NCBI GenBank assembly: GCA_012295275.1
Contig: CM022672.1
Coordinates: 12,462,001-12,526,000, forward strand
Length of the DNA stretch: 64,000 bases
Direction of reading: 5' to 3'
DNA from: Chrysomallon squamiferum
Taxonomy: Eukaryota > Animalia > Mollusca
The translations under genes were made by a program, and so were the position numbers. Below the pieces are notes generated by a model. The model was not told the origin of the DNA, made no database searches, and saw only the letters and a program-made list of their open reading frames with translations. Shown here one piece after another: positions 14,476 through 26,800 of the stretch (position 1 is the stretch's first letter; each line of letters starts with the position of its first letter).

Positions 14476-15010
14476 ACAGTTTATTGAAAGAAATACAAAA
14501 ATCTTTCTTTTTTTTATCTCACTGCGGCCTCTACCATACTAAAATAAAAAACCATGATGCCTGCCTAAGGAAAGGTGTATATTAAGAAAATCTCTCGCTA
14601 CTAATCTAAAAGGCGAAAGATATTGATCGATGCCATATAACGAGTAAGCCATTAGATCAAATATTACCTACCTCTTCACTTTTATCTTTGAGTTTTTATT
14701 TTATTTTATTTTTCTCTTTGCAGAATTAAGATTTGGAGAAGGCGTATACTTTTCACAACAATCAAAATTTGCTTTGGATTCCACCTATTCGGTCAGAGGA
14801 CCGACAGGACTCAAATACGTGTATCTTGCTAATGTTCTGGTAGGAAGATTCACTGTTGGCGACAAGTCAATGAAAGTACCTCCACCCATTGAACCCGACA
14901 AACCACACATCCGCTACGACTCTACAACGAACAGTGTCGATAATCCTAGTTTATTTGTGATATACAACGACATTCAAGCTTATCCGCAATATTTACTGAC
15001 TCTGAAGTAG
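8627..15010 (+). CDS. Macrodomain-containing mono-ADP-ribosyltransferase, PARP14/PARP15-like (Macro-Macro-ART, ~568 aa, 11 exons)
   Basis: Exons 8627-8680, 9130-9357, 9674-9895, 10312-10363, 10801-10850, 11176-11400, 11690-11911, 12127-12163, 13654-13799, 14048-14231, 14724-15010 sum to 1707 nt in frame. Macro motifs GDITK..AIVNS and SIAFP. ART motifs IERIQN, LWHGT, GFNRSYCGRN, GEGVYF, NPSLFVIY, QAYPQYL. The start codon is the least certain part. Confidence 0.9.
12205..13475. repeat. Degenerate (AGT/TAG)n low-complexity tract split by a Tigger-like insertion
   Basis: AGTAGT-rich sequence at 12205-12335 resumes at 13109-13475 on the other side of the element. Confidence 0.75.
12336..13109 (-). 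mobile_element. Non-autonomous pogo/Tigger-type DNA transposon (copy 1), in a PARP intron
   Basis: TIRs CAGTGGTACCTTGAATTACGAG ... CTCGTAAGTCGAGGTACCACT. Minus strand encodes a broken CENP-B-type HTH transposase N-terminus (MDPKEMSAEDSAEKKKRMMSIELKLEFIEKHE*...VVDLARQYQRSTSTICTVLK). Confidence 0.9.
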
Positions 15011-15900
15011 ATACCAATTTTACAAAGCATATATAACTTATTGACTAGTCTTCATATTTTGCAAAAGTTCATAACATTACATAGTACTATTGAGGGTACA
15101 TGTTTTATAATATTTAGAACTCTTATATATTATATCGTATTACGAGTAAAAGCAGCAAATGAAATCAGTTAGTTCAAATGACATCGTTGGAAATTGTTTC
15201 TCATTCCTCTTTACATAGCTGGTAATAATTATCTGTGGTCAAAGTAATAATTAAATGATTTTATTGTATATATCGTATAGCTCGGGTTTTTTAATATTTG
15301 CCAACGACTTGAGGTCTAAAGTCCCTTTAATAACAGTAAAGACTATTATAGTGAGAAAAAAAAATTTACGTAAAACATTTATATATTTTCCTCAGTGATG
15401 TTCTGCTTTCCATTAACGTTAATTTTAAATATTGTTAATCTAAAAAGTCCTATTCCAATAATTACAACAGTGGACCCTGAATAGTAAAATACGTTTTTAA
15501 CTTTTGGGATGAAATGAATTTCCCTGTAATCAACAGATCTTAGCACATGAAATACGGTTATTTATATAACAAAAAAAAAAAAAAAAAAAAAAAAAAAGTG
15601 TTGTTTGATAATTGAGATATATATATACAGATTAATAATAATAATAATAATCATAACAATACTAATATGTGCAAAAATCTTTATTTGAAAACGTTTCCAA
15701 AACAATATCAAATCAATAGGAACAATTATATATATATATATTACAAAATTTCACTGAAATAACTTTACCTGTGCACTTCTTTCTTTTTTCATATGTACTT
15801 TTTGCAACCATTAATCTATTATATATTCAAAGAATCTTTTTAAATAGACTAAACAGTCATTTAAAAGTCCCGTACGTTAATTTCAATGGTCTACGTAATG

Positions 15901-17091
15901 TCAAACTACTGTTTGAAAAACGCTGACTGCCATAGACACTGTAGATAGAAAACCCACAGTAAATGCCATCACCCTTGCAGGCTGAGGTACAGAAACCAAG
16001 TAGACAAAACTGTGAACAAGACGCGATCCAGCGAAGAAACGAAAATGCAGAAGAGCTGTCGATAAACTTGGGTCTGTGGCTACATAAAGCAGACCAATCA
16101 GTACAAATGGAATTACATTTTCAAGGTCATTTAAGTGACATCTGAAAGAAAAGCAAATAAAAAGTGATGAGGAATTTGTTTTTATTGTGCCCTAAATCGG
16201 GAAGAAATAAAGAAGATTAATACGAGTCATTACGGTCTCAAATTCATATAAATTTAAATTATGCGAACTGGAACGAATGTGAAGAAAAAGTTGATTGTTT
16301 TGTTTAAAATATCGTAGTGTATTAAAATCTTAAGATCAATAAACAAAACGTAATAAATTAAGCCAGTTGGATTATTTCGGCACGATATTTTATCTAAAAT
16401 ATCACACACAATCAAAATAGGCCAGGCCAGAAGACAAGGCCATATTAAAACTTCATTATTTAAAAGCAGACATATTATATACATAATACATTTTTATTGA
16501 ATATATTTTTAAATTACCATAATCTTCAACGAGACTTCGTCAATAATTATGCAAAGGAAAACCTATGGGGAAAAAGAAAAAGGAACAAAACAAAATCAAC
16601 ACACACACACACACATACACACACACACACATACACACACACATATATACACACACACATATTCATATAATATATTATTATTCACAATGTACCTTCGAAT
16701 TCTTTCCACCCCTGGGTCGTTGTACATAGGTTTTACGTTTTCACCAAAAAATCGGCAATCTTCTGGATTAATAAACTTCTGAAAATAATAAAATTGAATA
16801 TACATAACATAGGTGGATCTCTATCACAGGTATCGTCCAGTACGTCTTTAGATAATCTACATTAAAACTACGATATTATCTTGGATTGTCCGAAAGCGTT
16901 GAAGGGAGCCTATATTGGGCACATTACGGTAATTATAAACACTTGACTTTTGATAAATATACCTTTTTAATTACTCTGTACGCACCCGTAAGACCACTCA
17001 TTAACATCATTTTTAGAATAACAATAACTGTATAAAATGCAAACTTTGCGAAAACTGGATTTTCTAATGTGTAAGGATTTCCAGCAGCCAT
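15901..17091 (-). CDS. MGST1: Microsomal glutathione S-transferase 1 (MAPEG family), paralog a, 151 aa
   Basis: Exons 17091-16963, 16778-16693, 16141-15901 (TGA). Motifs FINPEDC, DPGVERIRRCHLNDLENVIPF, SRLVHS..Y, PQPAR. Confidence 0.95.
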
Positions 17092-17673
17092 TTTGAACAG
17101 TGACCTGATAATACACCCCACACACAATAATTATAATGACATTCTACCCGTTCAAATTCTACCCTTTTTTGATGTGACCCGCCAACTCAAATTTCGTCGC
17201 CTGAGAGACTGATGACGGTGATGAAGATAAGGATATCCGTGAATTCATATATTCTCCTATCATGTAAAACCTAATTGTGAAAACTCGCGGTATTTGCTGC
17301 TGGGTTTCCCCCTATATAAGAACATAATAACAATAATAATAATCATATAACTAAATAATTACACAGATTATGCATTTATATCATATATTAATTTAATGTT
17401 AATTAAACAAAAACATGGAACAGAAATATTACATTTTTAATTTTAGCGTGAGAGGTGTGAGAAATTTTACGAAGCATAATATTAATGGGAATGAGAGTGT
17501 GGTCCTGGAGGCTATCGTCGGGAAGAAAAGAGATCATCTTTGGTATCTTCTGACACATTTAAAATTATTTTATGTGACCTGCATCGGCCTCATAAAATAA
17601 ATACATAATTAATTGATTTATTTTTTGTGTGTGATATTTCATGTGCTATCTATAGATCATTTTATGCTGTTCG

Positions 17674-17705
<32 letters not shown>

Positions 17706-17772
17706 TGAATAATGAAGTATATCAAATTAGAGTAAAATTATTTTTTTATAGCATGAGTTTTATCGCAAGATT

Positions 17773-17774
<2 letters not shown>

Positions 17775-17823
<49 letters not shown>
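17775..17823. repeat. (CA)n microsatellite between the divergent MGST1a and CMTR2 genes
   Basis: Directly visible. Many other (CA)n, (TA)n, (AAT)n and poly-A/T tracts occur in the window, e.g. 8547-8600, 14430-14473, 37140-37200, 52553-52647. Confidence 0.95.
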
Positions 17824-17826
<3 letters not shown>

Positions 17827-18712
17827 AGAGAAACACGTAGGTAAACCTTTTCTCCTCATTATACAGTAGTTCAGATGCGCGCAAATTTTTCTGGAGGAAA
17901 GAACAAAATACTAAGAAAAGGGAAACGAAACCAGTTGGAACAAACGTTAGGTTCCAGGTAATGTTTGTTTGAATTTTTAAATGAAACTGGCCGTGGTAAA
18001 TATGACATTAATTTTGCCTTATGAAACAGCAGTTTATTAGTTATTTAATTTTGACTGAATTTTATTTCCTAGGTGTTCCTAATGAAATATTAGCGAAAAA
18101 CGTTTCTATTTTCAGTTTAGAACTTACCGTACTACCTGTAAATAAAGTCATTCTCACCGGTAATTTATTTGTTACAAGGGTCCATATATAGCTGTGTAAA
18201 TATTTTGATCAGGTATGAAAAAGCAATGATTTTTTTGAAGAAAAAGTATCGGCACATCTATTTAAGATTACCAATCACAAGAAACATCACTACTGACAAC
18301 CATTTAAAAAAAAAAAAACATCATTCTCTGGGAAGCTTTACAGCAGAGCTGCCTGATCCAGCCCTCAAAGACTGCAATATACACAGTAAAATTCCATGTC
18401 ATTTTAACCTTATTAAATCCTAGAAAAAAAAAAAAATATATATATAGTGTGATTTCCATAGAAAATATTTACATATAGTTTGAAGATCTGTGCATTTGGA
18501 TCATTTCTCCCACACTCAGGGGACCCTGCTACATTCTCAAGCACACATTCAAACTTTAGATCCCTGAAAAAAAAAAATCTTTGTAAATTTTTATGTATGT
18601 AACTTGGACATGAACACATTAAAATTTAAATTGCAGATGGCACAAATTCTAATCAAACACAAAGTCAATCATGAACATTTTTTGCACAGAAAACATGCTT
18701 ACTGTATCACAT

Positions 18713-21700
18713 ACCATGGTCTAAATAAACTTTGATAAATGTTAGTCTCATTCAGTTGATTTTACCAGATGCTGCTGTTTTGTCATTTAAAATTTATGTT
18801 TTTGAGATCATTTTAACACATTATCAATCCTGTTTATATCTTTATAGAGAAAGAAATGTTTGCCAATTGTAAAAGAAATCTGTTGATATGACATGTTAAA
18901 AGGGATTAGTTTGTTGTTTTTGTGTTTTTTTCTTTTCTTAATCACCTTTAATAAAAATTTTTTTTTAAAAAACATTCAATTTTAATTGCATAGCTCATCA
19001 TTTCGGAAATTTGAAAAAATGTATATGTGAAAGTATGTGATAATAAAAGAAAGTTAAACATTTAGATAATTGTTTTAATTTTCAGTTAATCGTTTTTTTT
19101 TTAGATTATCAATGGCTTCAAAACACAGACATTCACCGACAGATGAAGGATCTTTTCAAAAGTAATACTTCTGCTAAGTTAACAATATATACTTAAAATC
19201 ATAATGCATCTAAAATGCTAAACAACTTTTTCTTTTCTACTGTGCATCAGAATGAAGGAAATCCTTTGAAAGTTTTATAAATATTCAGTATGTTATATTT
19301 AATAATTTTAATGATTTTATTTAACAACCTCATTATTATTTCTCTAATTTGTAACTAAAAATGAGGTGACATTACTTTGTTAATAATAATTTTCTTATAT
19401 AATTAATATATTTTTCTTTGTAAAATAATACATAAAGTACCATGGTCTGAATAAACTTTGACAAATGTTCATCTCATTCAATTGATTTTACCAGATACTA
19501 GCTCTTTTGTCATTTAAAATTTGTTTTTGAGATCATTTTAACACATTATCAGTCCTATTTATATCTTTACAGAGAAAGAAATGTTTGGCAATTGTTAGAA
19601 AGAATTTGTTGATATGACATGCTAAAAGTGATTAGTTGCATTTTACAAATAATGAAGATCATGATACCTGTGATCCTTCAGGATACATTAGTAATCACTG
19701 AAACAACCAGCTCTAATAATGTTTTGAATATCTACTGATACTGATGTTTATTTCTTTATTTTTTCTTTTCTTAATCACCTTTAATAAAAAAAAATAAAAA
19801 AACCATTAAATTTTAATTGCATAACTCATCATTTCCAAAAATTGTTGAAAAATTTATATGTGAAAGTATGTGATAATAAAAGAAAGTTAAAAATATAGAT
19901 ACTGATTTTACATTTTAATTCATGTTTTTTTTTTTTTTGATCATCAAAGATTTCAAAACGCAGTTATTCACCAACAGATGAAGGATCTTTTCAAAAGTAA
20001 TACTTCTGCTAAGTTAACAATATATACTTAAAATCATAATTCATCTATAATGCTAAACAACTTTTTCTTTTTTACTTTGCATCAGAATGAAGGAAATCCT
20101 TTGAAAGTTTTATAAATATTCAGTATGTTATATTTAATAATTTTAATGATTTTATTTAACAACTTCATTATTATTTCTCTAATTTGTAACTAAAAATGAA
20201 GTGACATTACTTTGTTAATAATAATTTTCTTATATAATTAATATATTTTTCTTTGTAAAATAAAACATAATGTACCATGGTCTGAATAAACTTTGATAAA
20301 TGTTAGTCTCATTCAATTGATTTTACCAGATACTAGCTGTTTTGTCATTTAAAATTTGTTTTTGAGATCATTTTAACACATTATCAGTCCTATTTATATC
20401 TTTATAGATAAAGACATTTTTGGCAGTTGTTAAAAAGAATTTGTTGATATGACATGCTAACAGTTATTAGTTGCATTTTACAAATACTGAAGATCATGAT
20501 TCCTGTGATTCATCAGGATACATTAGTAATCACTGAAACAACCAGCTCTAACAATGTTTTGAATATCTACTGATACTGATGTTTATTTTTCTTTTTTCTT
20601 TTTTTAATCATCTTTAATAAAAAAAATATTAAAAAAACCCATTAAATTTTAATTGCATAACTCATGATTTTGGAAAATTGTTGAAAAATTGATATGTGAT
20701 AATAAAAAAAATTAAAAATACAGATAATAATTTTAATTTTTAATTCATGTTGTTCTGGTTTTTTTAGATCATCAACAGCTTCAAAACGCAGACATTCACC
20801 AACAGATGAAGGATCTTTTCAAAAGTAATACTTCTGCTAAGTTAACAATATATACTTAAAATCATAATGCATCTATAATGCTAAACAACATTTTCCTTTT
20901 AACACATTATCCGCCCTATTTATATCTTTATAGAGAAAGAAATGTTTGGCAATTGTTAGAAAGAATTTGTTGATATGACATGCTAAAAGTGATTAGTTGC
21001 ATTTTACAAATAATGAAGATCATGATACCTGTGATCCTTCAGGATACATTAGTAATCACTGAAACAACCAGCTTTAATAATGTTTTGAATATCTACTGAT
21101 ACTGATGTTTATTTCTTTATTTTTTCTTTTCTTAATCACCTTTAATAAAAAAAAATAAAAAAACCATTAAATTTTAATTGCATAACTCATCATTTCCAAA
21201 AATTGTTGAAAAATTTATATGTGAAAGTATGTGATAATAAAAGAAAGTTAAAAATATAGATACTGATTTTACATTTTAATTCATGTTTTTTTTTTTTTAG
21301 ATCATCAAAGATTTCAAAACGCAGTTATTCACCAACAGATGAAGGATCTTTTCAAAAGTAATACTTCTGCTAAGTTAACAATATATACTTAAAATCATAA
21401 TTCATCTATAATGCTAAACAACTTTTTCTTTTTTTTTTTGCATCAGAATGAAGGAAATCCTTTGAAAGTTTTATAAATATTCAGTATGTTATATTTAATA
21501 ATTTTAATGATTTTATTTAACAACTTCATTATTATTTCTCTAATTTGTAACTAAAAAATGAAGTGACATTGCTTTGTTAATAATAATTTTCTTATATAAT
21601 TAATATATTTTTTCTTTGTAAAATAAAACATAATGTACCATGGTCTGAATAAACTTTGATAAATGTTAGTCTCATTCAATTGATTTTACCAGATACTAGC

Positions 21701-23825
21701 TGTTTTGTCATTTAAAATTTGTTTTTGAGATCATTTTAACACATTATCAGTCCTATTTATATCTTTATAGAGAAAGACATTTTTGGCAGTTGTTAAAAAG
21801 AATTTGTTGATATGACATGCTAACAGTTATTAGTTGCATTTTACAAATACTGAAGATCATGATTCCTGTGATTCATCAGGATACATTAGTAATCACTGAA
21901 ACAACCAGCTCTAACAATGTTTTGAATATCTACTGATACTGATGTTTATTTTTCTTTTTTTTTTTTTATCATCTTTAATAAAAAAAATATTAAAAAAACC
22001 CATTAAATTTTAATTGCATAACTCATGATTTTGGAAAATTGTTGAAAAATTGATATGTGATAATAAAAAAAATTAAAAATACAGATAATAATTTTAATTT
22101 TTAATTCATGTTGTTCTGGTTTTTTTAGATCATCAACAGCTTCAAAACGCAGACATTCACCAACAGATGAAGGATCTTTTCAAAAGTAATACTTCTGCTA
22201 AGTTAACAATATATACTTAAAATCATAATGCATCTATAATGCTAAACAACATTTTCCTTTTAACACATTATCCGCCCTATTTATATCTTTACAGAGAAAG
22301 AAATGTTTGGCAATTGTTAGAAAGAATTTGTTGATATGACATGCTAAAAGTGATTAGTTGCATTTTACAAATAATGAAGATCATGATACCTGTGATCCTT
22401 CAGGATACATTAGTAATCACTGAAACAACCAGCTCTAATAATGTTTTGAATATCTACTGATACTGATGTTTATTTCTTTATTTTTTCTTTTCTTAATCAC
22501 CTTTAATAAAATAAAATAAAAAAAACCATTAAATTTTAATTGCATAACTCATCATTTCCAAAAATTGTTGAAAAATTTATATGTGAAAGTATGTGATAAT
22601 AAAAGAAAGTTAAAAATATAGATACTGATTTTACATTTTAATTCATGTTTTTTTTTTTTTAGATCATCAAAGATTTCAAAACGCAGTTATTCACCAACAG
22701 ATGAAGGATCTTTTCAAAAGTAATACTTCTGCTAAGTTAACAATATATACTTAAAATCATAATTCATCTATAATGCTAAACAACTTTTTCTTTTTTACTT
22801 TGCATCAGAATGAAGGAAATCCTTTGAAAGTTTTATAAATATTCAGTATGTTATATTTAATAATTTTAATGATTTTATTTAACAACTTCATTATTATTTC
22901 TCTAATTTGTAACTAAAAATGAAGTGACATTACTTTGTTAATAATAATTTTCTTATATAATTAATATATTTTTCTTTGTAAAATAAAACATAATGTACCA
23001 TGGTCTGAATAAACTTTGATAAATGTTAGTCTCATTCAATTGATTTTACCAGATACTAGCTGTTTTGTCATTTAAAATTTGTTTTTGAGATCATTTTAAC
23101 ACATTATCAGTCCTATTTATATCTTTATAGAGAAAGACATTTTTGGCAGTTGTTAAAAAGAATTTGTTGATATGACATGCTAACAGTTATTAGTTGCATT
23201 TTACAAATACTGAAGATCATGATTCCTGTGATTCATCAGGATACATTAGTAATCACTGAAACAACCAGCTCTAACAATGTTTTGAATATCTACTGATACT
23301 GATGTTTATTTTTCTTTTTTCTTTTTTTAATCATCTTTAATAAAAAAAATATTAAAAAAAACCATTAAATTTTAATTGCATAACTCATCATTTTGGAAAA
23401 TTGTTGAAAAATGTATATGTGATAATAAAAAAAGTTAAAAATACAGATAATAATTTTAATTTTTAATTCATGTTGTTCTGTTTTTTTTTTAGATTATCAA
23501 CAGCTTCAAAACGCAGACATTCACCAACAGATGAAGGATCTTTTCAAAAGTAATACTTCTGCTAAGTTAACAATATATACTTAAAATCATAATGCATCTA
23601 TAATGCTAAACAACATTTTCTTTTTAACACATTATCCGTCCTATTTATATCTTTATAGAGAAAGACATATTTGGCAATTGTTAAAAAGAATTTGTTGAAT
23701 TTTAATGATTTTATTTAACAACTTGATTATTATTTTTCTAATTTGTAACTAAAAACTTAGTTATGTTAAAAATAATTTTGTTTTGTAATTAATAATTTTT
23801 TTCTTTGTAAAATAATACATAAAAT
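18713..23825 (+). repeat. Higher-order tandem repeat (~830 bp and ~533 bp monomers; ~1361 bp dimer) carrying 7 copies of a 57-nt CMTR2 exon
   Basis: The block TTCACCRACAGATGAAGGATCTTTTCAAAAGTAATACTTCTGCTAAG recurs with exon starts at 19105, 19940, 20768, 21301, 22129, 22663, 23493 (spacings 835, 828, 533, 828, 534, 830). Confidence 0.97.
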
Positions 23826-26800
23826 ACTTGGAGAGTTTGACTTTATTCCTTCAGAGCAAAGAAAAGATTTGTTCCAATTCATTTTGATGAAGAACGTGAA
23901 GATCTTGATGACAGGTCCATAGAAAAAGTTCACAAGATATTTGAAAAGAAATTTAAATACAAATCAGAAGAAAACACCACGTGGAAATTACCACAGATTT
24001 CAGTAGTGGAACCTTGGCAGGTTGAAGAACTGGCAAACGTGAAAACAGAACTGAACAATCTGAAAGACCTGCTGAATAATAAGGAACTGGGTTCTTGGCA
24101 CGAACATACGAACCGCACCAATATTGCTGGGAAAGTTATTTCAGAACTGCGCAATAAATATCACGTAGAGATGTGTACACAGGCTTGGAGCAAATGCTAT
24201 GAAATATTGTCTTCCTATAAACCTGTCGATGTCAACAGTCCTGAGATTAATTCTATTCATCTCTGTGAGGCACCAGGAGCTTTTATTGCAGCCCTGAATC
24301 ACTTTCTTGTAAACCATGGTAAAAATTTTCCTATAGTGAATAAAAAATAGGTGAATGTATGTTTAAGTATAAAATTTGATTGTTTTGAAATTGTGTGATA
24401 CTTACAATAAATTTAGTTTGATGCAAAAAGTTAAAGTAAATAGGTCTAAGACATTAACAAGTTCTATCAGTAATGTAAATTCATATGTTAATATATCTAG
24501 GCTAATTATTTAAATATTTTTATTATTAATACTTACACTTTAATACTTAATTGATAAAAATATAATATTCTAAACTAGTTTTTGGTATAAATATACATGT
24601 TACATTTTGTTAATTTAATTAATACAAAAATAAAATATAATAAAATTGTCAGAAAAGCTTTTTGTTTACACCAGTTACCATTATGAAAGTATCTTTTACT
24701 GTTGTCTTTGATTTTCATGCTGTTGGTCAGTTATAGATTTTTGATTTGTTACTTACTGCTGTTTACCATGGAATATTTTCGTCACATTTAGATTTTTCTG
24801 GCCACTGGGAATGGTTGGCAACAACGCTGAATCCTTACTATGAAGGTAACAGTCTTGGACAGATGATTGATGATGACAGATTTATTCGATCTACCATGGA
24901 CAACTGGTCCTTCGGTCCTGATAACACAGGAGATCTCATGAAACTAGAGAATTTCCAAAGCTTGCTGAAAGAAGCCAAATGCATCGGAAATATTGATTTG
25001 GTTTGTATTAAAAAACATTTTAAACACTTTATGATTAATTTTTATACAAATTGTTCAAATGTAATTCTGGTGGCTAATAATCATGGACTGAAAATGTCCT
25101 TATTGTTCATAATAAAAATTATTCTTTCTGACATGAGAAGACATTTGACAGCTTTATGAAGTTTTGATTTCAGATACATACTAAATACTATTAGCAAATG
25201 TATTGAAAGACCTGATGAAAATCATCAGCTAAACTTGAACATTTTTTTCTTAATGAAAAATCTGAGCAGATACTTATCTATGATTACCTGACATAATATA
25301 TGAAAATTGAAAATATTAAAAACAATTGATTATATTTCACTTCAAAAACCCAGATAATTTTTATAATTACAGGTAACTGCAGATGGCAGCATTGATTGCC
25401 AGTTCAATCCATCTGAACAGGAAAGTGTTGTTTCACGTCTTCACTGGTTTGAAGTGTTAACCTGTCTGTGGATGCTAGGTCCAGGTGGATCATTTGTCAT
25501 CAAACTGTTCACCATGTATGAGGCACCATCCATTTGCATGTTGTATCTTCTGAATTGTTGTTTCAGAGAGGTTTGTTGTATTTCTACAGCAGCCATATTT
25601 TTATATTGTGTAGTGTACAATATACCACATTCTGCTAAATTAAACTATGTGAAGTCTTTTCATTTATTGCGAGTCACTTGTCAGTGAAGCTTTGTTGCTT
25701 ATTAAAATAATTCTTATTTCTGTTACATGTAGGAATGGCTATTATTGCAACTACGAAAGAAAAAAGTTTCCACCAATCAGAATTTGATAAAAACAAAACC
25801 AAAAAAAAAAATCCATGCAGATGGAAGATATAATTAGTTAGATGTAAAAAACATACAAATTCATTGTGCATTAATTCAGGCCTATATACAAGGTTGATGT
25901 ATTGTTGGTTGATGGATATTTCTATTAATATACCTTTATCTTTTTTAACATTTAGAATCATCCTTTCAGGTAAATGTCTACAAACCAGCAACAAGCAAAT
26001 CTGGAAATTCAGAAGTTTATGTTGTTTGTCTGGATCACAAATCCTTGGATTGTACATTCCTCGATAACTTGAAGAATACCTTGTTCAGTAAGTTGGATAT
26101 ACTCAAAAATTAATCATATTATTTTTTTTATTTATTACTGTGAGGTTTTTATCTTGTTTTTTTTTTTTCTGGACAAACATGTTTTCATATTTGAAGAATT
26201 ATTATATTTATATTTATATGACTTTTTCCAAAAATGGTATACTGGATCACTAATGCATCTAGGATATTTTGTCTACAAAGTAAATTGGTAAATAAATGAC
26301 AGATTTCAAATTTTGAAAAATGTATTTAAACTATTAGTAATTACAATAAATACTGATGTATATTCTTTTGGTTTTTGCTTCAAAATCATGTTCAGTTATT
26401 TCTACAGGACTTTTTATATTGAGGAATACATCAGTAAGTAAATTAAGTGTGTAAGAATCATGCAGTTTCTGTTTCATTGCTGACCACACTGCATGTTATA
26501 TTTGTGTACAAGTTTAGAAATCTAAATATTTACTGGTTCCACATGATGCAGTGCTCTTGTTAATGTTGTATCCTTGCAATCTAAACTGTGTTTATTTTAT
26601 TGGTAGCTATAATAATGTTTCCTGAATAGTAACGGATTAATGGAACATCAGCTGCATTTTTTTTTAAAGTCAATTTGTCATGCAAAAAAACAAAAAGGTA
26701 CAAATTCTGTTTGAGAAATCCTTATCCAAAAACTGTTTATCAAACATCTGAGTAATATCTTAGAAATATTCTTAGAAATATTATGTATAAAACTACCAAC

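Noticed and set aside
18713-23825. CRISPR-like reading of the recurring conserved block
   Set aside because: The intervening sequences are themselves repeated and hundreds of bp long, there are no cas genes, and the context is eukaryotic. It is a tandem duplication.
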